This document shows positions 18,232 to 27,810 of a DNA stretch of 51,243 nucleotides, in pieces. The stretch spans positions 1 to 51,243 of the IMG/VR virus record IMGVR_UViG_3300030012_001662. The stretch is one strand, 5' to 3'. Numbering within the stretch: the stretch's first letter is position 1; each line of letters begins with the position of its first letter. The position numbers and the translations under genes are program-made. The stretch is from a virus (taxonomy: Duplodnaviria; Caudoviricetes). Below the pieces are notes generated by a model. That model searched no databases, was not told the DNA's origin, and was given only the letters and a program-made list of their open reading frames with translations.

Positions 18232-19471
18232 ACCTATACTTTGTTCAGAAATTTTATCAGGGTTTACACAACCTAAAAGAGCAATCGCCCTCTACCAAGG
18301 GGGCAAGATTGCCGATGACATGATAAGAAAGAAACAAAAAGCATTTGTAGATGCTCAGAAATTTGTTCTTACACCTAAACTGGTGCAAAATGCCTTTGAT
18401 ATTTCATTAAAGAAACCATCAATTTTATTAGAGATGTTAGAAGACATGAAAATGCCTTTTGATAATCTTTGGATTGAATGGGACGAAGAAGCAAGACAGA
18501 ACTACATGAAAGATTATTGGGATAAGACACCAATGAAATTTAAATTAAAAGACGAGACACCTGATAGGGTTGGTTACCATATATCAAAATTTACTGATGT
18601 ATTAGATGATAGTTATTTTTTATATGAGTCTTGGTTCTTTATAGATGACGAAGATGTGGCATCTGATTTTGGTAGAATTATAAATAAAAAATTCTATTCT
18701 CCAACAATGTGCCAAATTATCCATGAAGAATTACCAAATTTTGATGATGAACTTGCAAAGGTTGAACTTCTTGATGAATTACCTAAAGGTAGTAGAATTG
18801 CAAATCCCGAAGAATTTAAGGTCAAGGCATTGGCAATAGGTTCTAAATTCTTAGGTGGTTGGTATTTTATGGAATATTGTCCTGAGAAATTTATTCTAAA
18901 TACCAAAATGACATCACATGATGACCAATATAATCATTTGATGAAAATGGTAAAATACAATAAATCTCACGAATTTAATTGTCTTAAAGAAATATGTTAC
19001 AGATTATCTATTGCACAATCTGCATCAATGCATTGGTCTGTACCATCTTGGAAATTTAAAGAGGGATATACAACCGAAGAGATACAGGCACACGAAAGCA
19101 ATCTTATTACCTCAACAGAGGGCGATACAAGGTTTCTAATATCTTTATTCTCTTTATTAAATCAAAGTTTACATACTCAAGAGGTTGTGCAACCAAATGA
19201 TAAAATTATCCATACGAAATTAGGCAAGAGAGTACCAAGAAACGAATATAAAGTACTTGATATAGATTTATCTGCCAATAAGGTTAGAAAGGTCTATAAG
19301 GCAAGATTTCAAGGTAAAGGTAATCCAAAGAGACAACACACACGACGTGGACACTACCGAAGACTACGAGATATTGATGGTACTATTAAAAGAAAGATAT
19401 GGATTAAATCTTGTATCGCAGGAAATGCAGACCTTGGGATTATTGAAAAAGATTATAATTTAAAATCTTAA
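18224..19471 (+). CDS. Early protein with C-terminal HxRRGHxR motif
   Basis: KRQHTRRGHYRR...IWIK...GN motif of unknown function. Confidence 0.75.
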   Translation: MSRPILCSEILSGFTQPKRAIALYQGGKIADDMIRKKQKAFVDAQKFVLTPKLVQNAFDISLKKPSILLEMLEDMKMPFDNLWIEWDEEARQNYMKDYWDKTPMKFKLKDETPDRVGYHISKFTDVLDDSYFLYESWFFIDDEDVASDFGRIINKKFYSPTMCQIIHEELPNFDDELAKVELLDELPKGSRIANPEEFKVKALAIGSKFLGGWYFMEYCPEKFILNTKMTSHDDQYNHLMKMVKYNKSHEFNCLKEICYRLSIAQSASMHWSVPSWKFKEGYTTEEIQAHESNLITSTEGDTRFLISLFSLLNQSLHTQEVVQPNDKIIHTKLGKRVPRNEYKVLDIDLSANKVRKVYKARFQGKGNPKRQHTRRGHYRRLRDIDGTIKRKIWIKSCIAGNADLGIIEKDYNLKS

Positions 19472-19514
19472 AATAAAATATTTCTATAATTGTAAAAAAA
19501 ATACCTTTTATGTG

Positions 19515-19577
19515 TTGACTTTTATAATTATAGAAATTACTATGTAACTATCATTAAATTTTTTATGGGAGAAAACA
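19515..19577 (+). promoter_or_regulatory. Early promoter plus start motif
   Basis: TTGACT-N17-TACTAT; GGGAGAAAACA at 19567. Confidence 0.7.
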
Positions 19578-19580
19578 AAA

Positions 19581-20132
19581 ATGATAAAATACACTAAAGA
19601 CCAACTAGAACTTAAATCTTATATAGAAAAGAAAAATAAGGAACACATGGATATGGTTAGGGCAAATACAGACCCTAGAATTATGTACTGTGAGGTTCCA
19701 GAGGTAATACCTTTTTCTGAATTAGACAAATTGGCAGAATATGGCATTACAACAATTATCGATTATAAGAAAGACGAATGTGTTACCATGATTTCTGAAC
19801 TTGGTAAATCTGCCACTGGTTCAAGAGTTAGGGTTGACCCAGACGAACATACCTTAGAAGAACTAGAAATAATGGTTGAATACTGGGGTAAAGAATCAAC
19901 AAAGGCTGTTGAAGAACAAAATATTGCAGATAAAAGAAAGGTTAAAGAATTTGCAAAAAGAATTAAAGATACCTGTAAATTAGGTGCCAATAATTATAGA
20001 ACTGCAATTAGATGGATTTTACAGGCAGAGGGTATAGAAAATGACGAAATGTACCAAGGTGGTTCAATTTGTTATGACCTAAACCTTCCATATCGACATA
20101 AAAAACTATTTCAAACAGCAGGGGTGGCATAA
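19581..20132 (+). CDS. Hypothetical early protein
   Basis: 183-aa ORF with promoter and RBS. Confidence 0.75.
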   Translation: MIKYTKDQLELKSYIEKKNKEHMDMVRANTDPRIMYCEVPEVIPFSELDKLAEYGITTIIDYKKDECVTMISELGKSATGSRVRVDPDEHTLEELEIMVEYWGKESTKAVEEQNIADKRKVKEFAKRIKDTCKLGANNYRTAIRWILQAEGIENDEMYQGGSICYDLNLPYRHKKLFQTAGVA

Positions 20133-20150
20133 AGCCACCTCTTTTAATTT
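20121..20150 (+). terminator. Rho-independent terminator
   Basis: GGGGTGGC-ATAAA-GCCACCTC followed by TTTTAATTT. Confidence 0.6.
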
Positions 20151-20170
20151 AACTTAAAAGGGAGAAACAA

Positions 20171-21073
20171 ATGTTAAATACTAAATTATTTGAAGAAGAA
20201 ATGGAAAAAATAAACTTCTCAATAGATATTCAAGATATTGAGGGAATACCAACAGAAATGGGTAGAAAATTGGTTAGAACCGATACAGATACCCCACTTG
20301 GTATTATTAAATCTAAATATAAACCAATCTTACATACTCAGGCATTTCAAGGTGCTTTACAAGAAATGAAGAATGGAGGTCTTACCTTAGAAAATGCAGA
20401 GGTTTCTATAGACTCTTATGAAAATGGTGCCATGGCAAAGATGGAGGTATTGTTACCAGAAAAAACCACTCAGATTGGCGACCATAATCTTTCATTAAAA
20501 TATGTTGCTAGAAACTCTTATAATGGTAGATGGAAATTTCAATCTTTCTTTGGTTGGTTAAATCATGTTTGTTTTAATACATTGGTTACTGGTCAAAAAT
20601 TGGCATACACATCTAATAGACATACCAAATCTTTTGATATTGACCAATCTAATAAGAAGATTGTAAATGCTGTAAAAGCAGTTACCGATGAAACTGAGAG
20701 ATTTAAGAAATGGTGGGATACATCTGTTGAAGATGCACAGATAAAGAAATTATTTGAAAACACCATTGCGAAACAAAATCTTTCAAAAGGTAGCAGAATG
20801 GCAGGTGTATCTGAAACTAACCAAAAACAATTAGCCATTTTAATGGGGTTATATAACGAAGAGGTAACCCAAATACATGGTAAGGGTGATTATGGTAGGA
20901 ATGATGCAAAAGGCTCTCTATGGTGTGCATATCAATCAGCAACTGCATGGTCTACACATCTTACAGATATTAATAGAAGCGATACAAAAAAATATCTTGT
21001 TCAAGTAGACAGACAGAAATTGGTATCAGAAATGGTTGAAACCAAGAACTGGAAGGAGCTAGAAGATGCTTAA
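20171..21073 (+). CDS. DUF932 family protein
   Basis: LGII..KY, NSYNG, VCFN.L, RHT, SLW.AYQ..T.W.TH motifs. Confidence 0.85.
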   Translation: MLNTKLFEEEMEKINFSIDIQDIEGIPTEMGRKLVRTDTDTPLGIIKSKYKPILHTQAFQGALQEMKNGGLTLENAEVSIDSYENGAMAKMEVLLPEKTTQIGDHNLSLKYVARNSYNGRWKFQSFFGWLNHVCFNTLVTGQKLAYTSNRHTKSFDIDQSNKKIVNAVKAVTDETERFKKWWDTSVEDAQIKKLFENTIAKQNLSKGSRMAGVSETNQKQLAILMGLYNEEVTQIHGKGDYGRNDAKGSLWCAYQSATAWSTHLTDINRSDTKKYLVQVDRQKLVSEMVETKNWKELEDA

Positions 21074-21338
21074 ACGATATAAAAAGAACTTCTTGTATAT
21101 TATATTAACTGGTTTGGTTACTGCTTGTAGCAGTAGCCAACCTTCAAACAACATCAAAATGGTATACAATAAAGAAATGTTCCAGATGAATAGACAAGAA
21201 GTTATAAATGCCATAGAAGATTGTCGTTCTGTAAAATTAAGACCAGTACTTTATCATGGTCGTGTTAAGGTAACAGACCGATATGTACCAATTGTTGTAG
21301 AGGTGCAATGTGCTCCTACATACAAAGATTATAACTAA
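21066..21338 (+). CDS. Putative lipoprotein
   Basis: Basic N-terminus, hydrophobic stretch, lipobox VTA-C. Confidence 0.7.
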   Translation: MLKRYKKNFLYIILTGLVTACSSSQPSNNIKMVYNKEMFQMNRQEVINAIEDCRSVKLRPVLYHGRVKVTDRYVPIVVEVQCAPTYKDYN

Positions 21339-21344
21339 AAAGAA

Positions 21345-21382
21345 TTGGGGTGGTAAATGAACCGAAAAGAAAACCACCCCAA
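21345..21382. terminator. GC-rich stem-loop (possible terminator)
   Basis: TTGGGGTGGT...ACCACCCCAA, 10-bp stem with a large loop. Confidence 0.45.
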
Positions 21383-21414
21383 AACAGATGCAATATAAAT
21401 ATCGCACAAATTGG

Positions 21415-21476
21415 TTTACTTTACTACTAATTTTGATACTCTGTAATTATAAAACAACGTTTTTTGGGAGAAAACA
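21415..21476 (+). promoter_or_regulatory. Early promoter plus start motif
   Basis: TTTACT-N16-TACTCT; GGGAGAAAACA at 21466. Confidence 0.55.
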
Positions 21477-21701
21477 ATGACTTATCAAGACTACGAAAAT
21501 GAATTACTACAAAATATAAATCATTATACTGTTACTCAGCATCTTGGCAGAGGTCAATATAATAAGATTGATTGTACTGATTTAGAACACGCAAATAATA
21601 TTAAACAACAAATAATAGATAAGAATAAAAGTGCTAGGGTTGCAATCTATGCAGTTTGTAAACCAGAAGCAAGACCTCTTGTTAATATAATTGTGGGGTA
21701 A
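21477..21701 (+). CDS. Hypothetical early protein
   Basis: ORF directly after the start motif. Confidence 0.75.
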   Translation: MTYQDYENELLQNINHYTVTQHLGRGQYNKIDCTDLEHANNIKQQIIDKNKSARVAIYAVCKPEARPLVNIIVG

Positions 21702-21705
21702 TATT

Positions 21706-21870
21706 ATGGAAAACAGATATTTTGTTAAAATTCGTTTATTCGATAATCTACCAGATATGCCAGACCATGGTAAATATGTAACAATCATGGTTGAGGCAAA
21801 TTCTACAGACGAATTAGAAATGTTAATTGACGATAAACATAAAATAACAATGTGTGAACTTGTTGACTAG
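21706..21870 (+). CDS. Hypothetical protein, 54 aa (MENRYFVK...)
   Basis: Read manually; fills the gap between neighbouring ORFs. Confidence 0.65.
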   Translation: MENRYFVKIRLFDNLPDMPDHGKYVTIMVEANSTDELEMLIDDKHKITMCELVD

Positions 21871-21878
21871 GAGGTAAT

Positions 21879-22130
21879 ATGGCAATTATGAATATTATTA
21901 AGGGAAAAAATACCATTTATGATTTTTTATTAGATGCCTATAATAATTGTGATTATAAAAGAGGTTATCACATTATTAAACTAATGATTAAATCAAAAAC
22001 AAATTTAGATAACTTTGTAAGTTTTTTAGCAAAAAATAGTACAACAGAATTACATAAACATTCTTGTTATCATCAGTTCTTTAGAAATGTTTTTGCAAAA
22101 TTTATTAGACAATGTAGAATATCAAAATAA
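21879..22130 (+). CDS. Hypothetical protein
   Basis: GGAGG RBS. Confidence 0.65.
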   Translation: MAIMNIIKGKNTIYDFLLDAYNNCDYKRGYHIIKLMIKSKTNLDNFVSFLAKNSTTELHKHSCYHQFFRNVFAKFIRQCRISK

Positions 22131-22217
22131 TTTAGCTTGGGTCGCCTTGGAAAATATTGTTTTCTCCCAGCCCCACCCCATATTTGGTAAGATAAGCTAG
22201 GCGAATAGTCTTACCAT
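22131..22217. ncRNA. Candidate structured RNA carrying an orphan copy of the early start motif
   Basis: GC-rich spacer between convergent operons; TGGTAAGAT/GTCTTACCA stem; loop complementary to TAGCTT and TCGCC; TGTTTTCTCCC at 22158-22168. Confidence 0.5.
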
Positions 22218-22418
22218 TCATTTTCCCAACAAATGCTCTACTCTTTTTTTTAAGTTTTCTACCATTGTAAAATTAGGTGGTTTCATTTTACTTTTTTCTG
22301 CAATGCTTAATTCATTAATGATATAATAATCACATAGAACCTCTACTAACTTAAGTTCTTTTGTATTCAATTTCATTTTTTTAAGTTGATTTAAAGATAT
22401 AAGTATTTTTTCTGGCAT
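22218..22418 (-). CDS. Hypothetical protein
   Basis: Last ORF of the late operon. Confidence 0.55.
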   Translation of the reverse strand: MPEKILISLNQLKKMKLNTKELKLVEVLCDYYIINELSIAEKSKMKPPNFTMVENLKKRVEHLLGK

Positions 22419-23170
22419 TATTTACTAATACTTCTAAGACTTTCCATGACCTTATCTATATCAGGTTCTTCGCCATTAGGGTCATAAATACATTTATATT
22501 TAATAGGACACCAAGTTTCTATCATCATTGTAAAAGTTTTATTACCACCCTCATAAATACAGGCTCTTTTATCTGTGTATTTTGACGTAATTCTTTTTTT
22601 CAATCTACAGGTTGTATATTTCTTTTCAATTATCTTGCCTTGCCACACCTTTTGTTTATACGTATAATCTTTTGGTGCATTATACATCTTACCATCAGCA
22701 AATGCCCTAACACCTAAAACAAGCAATAATGTTCCAATACCTATACCAAAAAATATAATCGCACCCCATTTCAGCATATCCATGATTTCGTCTTGTTGTC
22801 TTTTTGCTTTTATTCTTGCTTGTTTTTGTGCCTCTTTGGCTTCATTAATTCTGTTTGCTCTTTCTGAAAGTATTTCGTCCCATGCAGTAGGTCCAAACCT
22901 AAGATTTATAATTGTTTTTAATTCTTGTCTTTTTTCTTCTAGTAATTTTCTATCTATAAAATCTGTCGCACTAGATTCAATGCCAAACTGTTCTTTTAAA
23001 CCAATGCCTTTGCCTTGGTTTTTATTCATTTGAGCCTCGCCCTCAAAAAAACCATCTATTTGTTTGGCAATGCCTTTTATGTCATTTACTGTACTGATAT
23101 TTTCTTTGATAAAATCTACAGATTTTTTAACTAATGCAATGCCTGTGAGTGTGGCTGTTACAAATTCCAT
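22418..23170 (-). CDS. Membrane-anchored coiled-coil protein with Cys-rich C-terminal domain
   Basis: TM segment WGAIIFFGIGIGTLLLVLGV; TCRL..ACIY..CP..YKC. Confidence 0.7.
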   Translation of the reverse strand: MEFVTATLTGIALVKKSVDFIKENISTVNDIKGIAKQIDGFFEGEAQMNKNQGKGIGLKEQFGIESSATDFIDRKLLEEKRQELKTIINLRFGPTAWDEILSERANRINEAKEAQKQARIKAKRQQDEIMDMLKWGAIIFFGIGIGTLLLVLGVRAFADGKMYNAPKDYTYKQKVWQGKIIEKKYTTCRLKKRITSKYTDKRACIYEGGNKTFTMMIETWCPIKYKCIYDPNGEEPDIDKVMESLRSISK

Positions 23171-23173
23171 AGA

Positions 23174-23341
23174 TTACCTCAATAGCAAACCTAATAATAA
23201 AACTATTGCAGTCCCCGAAGTTGCTATCATTATGTGTTCAATACGTTTTATACGTAATATTGTTTCTATCCATCGTTCCTCTGTAACAGCAATATGTTTT
23301 TCTAATGTTACATGGATTTCTTGTACTGATGGTTTCTTCAT
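23174..23341 (-). CDS. Small coiled-coil plus C-terminal TM protein, 55 aa
   Basis: Read manually: MKKPSVQEIH...TAIVLLLGLLLR. Confidence 0.7.
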   Translation of the reverse strand: MKKPSVQEIHVTLEKHIAVTEERWIETILRIKRIEHIMIATSGTAIVLLLGLLLR

Positions 23342-25344
23342 GTCATATCAACACTATTTAGTATTTTCATTCTTGCAGACATAGGTAGATTACCTACAAA
23401 TTCTGATACATCTTTATCTTCTTCTGATGCAAATGCACTCATATTTAATCGTATATTAGGGTCAACAACGTTTGGTACTTGTGTAGCAGTAATTGTCGTA
23501 CCACCTGTTATGATAGTATTTGCCAAATTTTGCAGTTTATTTAACATTGCATTTCTTGATTCTGCATTTGTAAAGGCATCTCTTATAACGTCTGCATCTT
23601 CTTCAATTAAAGTTTCTGCCAATTGACGCAATTGTTTATCGTTCATTTGTCTTGATAAATCAGGTATTAAATTTCTAATTGCTCTAACTGCGGCAATTGG
23701 GTTATAAAAATTAACAGCCTCCATTACATCTGCACCAATTTGTGTAATGCTTGTAGGTTTAACATCTTGTTTCCTACCCTCTGTTATTGCTGTTTGTGAA
23801 CCTCTTAAAACAATATTTCGTGTATCTACAGAATCTATGGCTTTTGATGCACCTGTAAGTATATTTTCAAGTTCGTCATCTGGTATAATTCTTTGTAAAA
23901 TTCTTCTTTCTTTACTCTCTGGATTATTTAAACGTCTCACAAACGCACCTTTACCACCTCTTTGGTCAAGAATTGACCTTATGTTTGATGCGATACCTGC
24001 TCGATAAGATTTTATTAAATCGTTATCTTTTGTGTTTAAAATTCTATTAATGTCTATTTCTGCTTGGTCTGCATTCATACCAAGTAATTTTGTACCTTCT
24101 AAAAAACTGTCTTTACTATCGAATATTTTTTTATATCTGGCTCTAACTGTAGCCAGTTCAGGTGATACCTCGTCTATTTTATTTTTTAATACATTTGATA
24201 AATTTTTAACACCTGTAGCCAATGTCATTTTTTTATCTTTTTGCATTAATCCTTGACCAAAATCTCTAACAATTCTGTAAGCATTTTCCGCTTCTTCTAA
24301 CGATAAACTTCTTGTTAAACTGATAGAGCCATCTTTATTTTTTTTAAATACGGCTGGTAAACCTTGCATTTTATTTATAAGGTTTGCATCTTTTGTAAGG
24401 TTTTTAGGGTCTATTCTATTTACAACATCTAAAACTAAATTATCTATTTCTGGGTTATTTAGATTTTTATTTGCATCAAATATTCTTTTATATGCCTTAC
24501 TTTCTGCTGATTTAAGTGCTTTTTCTGATTGTTGTATGGCTTGTAAAATATTACCTAATGGTTTGTCTTTTGCTAAAGATTTTTGTAAATCTTCAGTTAC
24601 CTTTTTGGGCGCTTCGGTTGCTCTTTTTTCTAAAGATTCTCTTAATATCGGACCTGTTACAGATGATTTGGCATATAATGCCCTAATATTCTCTGCCATA
24701 TCTTTATTTATTTCTGGTATTATTTTACCTTGTTGCACAGCCTCAATGATATCATCGGTTGATACATTTGCTTTACCTGCGATTTCAATAATCTTATCTT
24801 CTACATTTTTATTAAGGTTGCCCATAATTGAACCATAGGTTTTTTCAAACCCTTTTTTGGCAATACCTGCAATACCTTGACCTAATTTAGCGAAAAGAGG
24901 TCCTGCAACTGTAGATATACCAGTTTCTACTGCAACCTCTAGAGGTTCTATTGTTTCATCTTGTGCGCCATATGATGCGACTAATCCCTGACCACCACTC
25001 ATTAATGCAACTCTACCCATAGTCAAAGGTACACTTGCTCCTCCAGTAAATGGCAATGCCAATAATGCAGGTGCCATAGCTCCACCAAATTCATATTTTA
25101 AAGAACCATCTTTTTCTCTTGCTTGTGCTAAAATGTTTCTTTCTAGTTGTACGATTTCGTCATACGATTTGTCTGAAAGTAAAGATTTTATTTTTGCAAT
25201 CGCCTCATCGCTAAAATTTAGTAATGCACCTTGTGCAATAAGTCGTATTTTTTCAGACGCAGTTAAACCTGCATCTTGGTTCTCAAGTTCTGTTTCTCTA
25301 ATCTTACCTAATATATCTTTTAATTCATCATCTATCTTACTCAT
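23338..25344 (-). CDS. Putative DNA ejection / internal virion protein
   Basis: 668-aa helical protein with Gly/Ala hydrophobic segments; third of the ejection-protein trio. Confidence 0.7.
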   Translation of the reverse strand: MSKIDDELKDILGKIRETELENQDAGLTASEKIRLIAQGALLNFSDEAIAKIKSLLSDKSYDEIVQLERNILAQAREKDGSLKYEFGGAMAPALLALPFTGGASVPLTMGRVALMSGGQGLVASYGAQDETIEPLEVAVETGISTVAGPLFAKLGQGIAGIAKKGFEKTYGSIMGNLNKNVEDKIIEIAGKANVSTDDIIEAVQQGKIIPEINKDMAENIRALYAKSSVTGPILRESLEKRATEAPKKVTEDLQKSLAKDKPLGNILQAIQQSEKALKSAESKAYKRIFDANKNLNNPEIDNLVLDVVNRIDPKNLTKDANLINKMQGLPAVFKKNKDGSISLTRSLSLEEAENAYRIVRDFGQGLMQKDKKMTLATGVKNLSNVLKNKIDEVSPELATVRARYKKIFDSKDSFLEGTKLLGMNADQAEIDINRILNTKDNDLIKSYRAGIASNIRSILDQRGGKGAFVRRLNNPESKERRILQRIIPDDELENILTGASKAIDSVDTRNIVLRGSQTAITEGRKQDVKPTSITQIGADVMEAVNFYNPIAAVRAIRNLIPDLSRQMNDKQLRQLAETLIEEDADVIRDAFTNAESRNAMLNKLQNLANTIITGGTTITATQVPNVVDPNIRLNMSAFASEEDKDVSEFVGNLPMSARMKILNSVDMT

Positions 25345-25348
25345 ATCT

Positions 25349-26704
25349 CTACCTTACTTTTGGTTTTAGAGTGAAACGTTTTGCCTGAACATCTTTCAAT
25401 ATATCTAATATGGTTCTTTTAAGTGTTTCATTATCTTTAACATTTTCGCCACCAAGCATATATTCAATATCATCAATGGTATAATTATTTTCTAAGAAAA
25501 ATTTTTCAAACGCTTGTTTATTGGTCTTTTTTGGTAATATTATTTTATATGTATCTGTAGCAAGGGTGTATTGTTTTGGTGATTTTATGTAAGATTGAAT
25601 TACAGCCTTATCTAAACCAAGAACATTACCAACTTTAATTTCTTCTTCATTTTGTGTTTCTAAATTTGTTGTTGCATTTTTATATTGCGCATATGCCAAA
25701 TCTCTAAATGAACGTCTTGTTAAATCTGAGAGTATACCACCATTTTTGATGTAATTTGCTGTTTGAACTAAGAAATCTGCAGGTCCACCAACCTTTTTGG
25801 CAACTTCAAATTCACCTTCTCTAACAACAGAACGAGGGTCTAACATTTTCATAAAACTAAATATAAGCGCTAAATCACCAGCACCCGGTCTATCTAATTC
25901 GTAGACCTGATTGTATGCAGTAAACACATTATCCATATGACCTAATTTATCGTTATAATCTTTAACAAATTGTTTACCTTGGTATTTTTCTTTTACTTTT
26001 AAAAAATTTTCTTTTTGTTTTAAATTTAGAGGCTTGAATACAACCTGTTGATTTGGTTTTGCATCATCTTTCTTTTCAAAAATATCAACCTTTGAAGAAC
26101 CCTCGCCAATACTTGATTGGTCTGTCTTATCGTAGTTTATAAAATTACCACTATTGTCTTCAACTCTCTTGCCTTTATTTGGTCCAGTTTTGTAATATAA
26201 ATTACCATCAAACTGACCTGTGTATGTTTTTATTTCTGAATCTTTTGGTGCTGAATAAGTAACAATATTTCTTTTAATTGTATCATCTAGGTTATTTAAT
26301 TCTTTATTGGTAAAAAATTTTGTATCGCCTTTTTTATAATCTACACCATCAATATTGGTTGGTTTTGTAAATGTATATAATTTTTCTGCCTTGGGTTTAC
26401 CTAATTGTGTTGCCAAAGAAACCAATGTTGTGGCTCTTGTTAAATCTGATTTTTCTTGGTCTCTTTTATCTTGTAAATATGTTTTGGCAACTGAACCTAA
26501 TGCCTCGGTACCCGCACCTACCACTGTTGCTCCCGGTCTTGAAGATGCTGTGCCTAATTGTGTGAATCCTATCAAAGCTAATAACGCAGGGTCTATTGGT
26601 TCTCGTCTTGGTGCTAATGTATTAATTAATCCACCTAATGCACCACCTTGTAGGTCTTGTTGATTTGCCGCTCCTAATGCTTTTATTAGTTCTTCTGCGG
26701 TCAT
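25349..26704 (-). CDS. Putative DNA ejection / internal virion protein
   Basis: GDLALIFSFMKMLDPRSVVREGEF motif. Confidence 0.7.
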   Translation of the reverse strand: MTAEELIKALGAANQQDLQGGALGGLINTLAPRREPIDPALLALIGFTQLGTASSRPGATVVGAGTEALGSVAKTYLQDKRDQEKSDLTRATTLVSLATQLGKPKAEKLYTFTKPTNIDGVDYKKGDTKFFTNKELNNLDDTIKRNIVTYSAPKDSEIKTYTGQFDGNLYYKTGPNKGKRVEDNSGNFINYDKTDQSSIGEGSSKVDIFEKKDDAKPNQQVVFKPLNLKQKENFLKVKEKYQGKQFVKDYNDKLGHMDNVFTAYNQVYELDRPGAGDLALIFSFMKMLDPRSVVREGEFEVAKKVGGPADFLVQTANYIKNGGILSDLTRRSFRDLAYAQYKNATTNLETQNEEEIKVGNVLGLDKAVIQSYIKSPKQYTLATDTYKIILPKKTNKQAFEKFFLENNYTIDDIEYMLGGENVKDNETLKRTILDILKDVQAKRFTLKPKVR

Positions 26705-26706
26705 TA

Positions 26707-27810
26707 TTATCTCCTACTTAATGCATAAAGACTAGCCAACGAACCTAATCCACCTAGTGTTTGTCCATATATACTTGGCTGTTGCATAAACTGGTTTCCT
26801 GTTGCCTGTTGTCTAGTTAGTGTTTCATATGGTATGCCTTGTAACGCACCTAAGGCAAAATTTAACATTTCAAATGGGAATTGTTGTTGTGCCAAAAAGT
26901 CTTGATATGCCATATCTAAGGCCCTTTGGTCTAATTCTCTTTCAGCCTGACCTGCTGTAATCAATCCTGAGGCGGCTTGTTCAGATAATCCCTGTGCTAA
27001 CGGTGCTAATCCACTTAATGTTTCAGATGCTCTTAATCTACTAGCCTCGTCTGTTTCAAATCCAGCTAATCTTGCTTGTTCATCGGTTGTAAATCCTGCA
27101 CGTCTTTCGCCTTCACCAGCAAATCTTGCCGCTCTTTCAGCATCAAATCTGCCTGCATCAAATACTCTATCTGTATCAAATCTTTGTGACGCAAATTGTA
27201 ACGCCTCTCGTCCTGCTTGTTTTCTTAAATCAGAACCTGCTTTTGCCATTTCTGCATCTGTTAATGCCTCTCTAACTCCTAATCTTGAGCCACCAAAAGC
27301 ACCTGCCCTTATTGCATCTGCCGCATTTTGTCTTTGTTGTAATTGTCTTTGCCTATTTAATTCATCTATTGCTGGGTCAATAGAGGTTTGGAATATATCT
27401 TGATATTGACCTGCTCTTTCTACATCAAAATCAGGCGATACAAATGCCTCTCCAACCAGCGCATCTGTATCTGTAGGTGTAAATCTACCTGCTGTAAAAC
27501 CGCCACCTAATGTTCCTGCCATAGTGGTTGCATCATCTAATATTGTTTGAAAAGGTTCTGTTCCACTTGCTAATTGGTCTAAACCTGCTCTTTCTCTTTC
27601 TGTCATTCTTAATGGATTGCCTTCGGCATCTGTACCAAAGGTTGCTATTCTTTCACCTTGAAACTGTGGAAACGGTGATTTTGAAAGTTCTCTTGCCTGT
27701 TCGTACAATTCTTTACCACCTGCGGCAACAAATCCCGGTAATGTTGTTCCACCTACAGTTTCTTTATAATCTGGTAATTGAATTGGTTGATTGGTACAAA
27801 TTGAACCCAT
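26707..27810 (-). CDS. Putative DNA pilot / ejection protein
   Basis: AGAFGGSR motif, Gln/Ala-rich, Gly-rich hydrophobic C-terminus; N-terminus MGSICT. Confidence 0.75.
   Translation of the reverse strand: MGSICTNQPIQLPDYKETVGGTTLPGFVAAGGKELYEQARELSKSPFPQFQGERIATFGTDAEGNPLRMTERERAGLDQLASGTEPFQTILDDATTMAGTLGGGFTAGRFTPTDTDALVGEAFVSPDFDVERAGQYQDIFQTSIDPAIDELNRQRQLQQRQNAADAIRAGAFGGSRLGVREALTDAEMAKAGSDLRKQAGREALQFASQRFDTDRVFDAGRFDAERAARFAGEGERRAGFTTDEQARLAGFETDEASRLRASETLSGLAPLAQGLSEQAASGLITAGQAERELDQRALDMAYQDFLAQQQFPFEMLNFALGALQGIPYETLTRQQATGNQFMQQPSIYGQTLGGLGSLASLYALSRR

Noticed and set aside
20121-22180. GGGGTGG as a Chi-like repeat
   Set aside because: The few copies fall in hairpin or structured regions and occur in both orientations
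22131-22217. SAM-II/V riboswitch or known self-cleaving ribozyme
   Set aside because: The minus strand ends in AGCTAAA, but I could not find the other conserved core nucleotides, and the element is not 5' of a gene; an Rfam search is still needed
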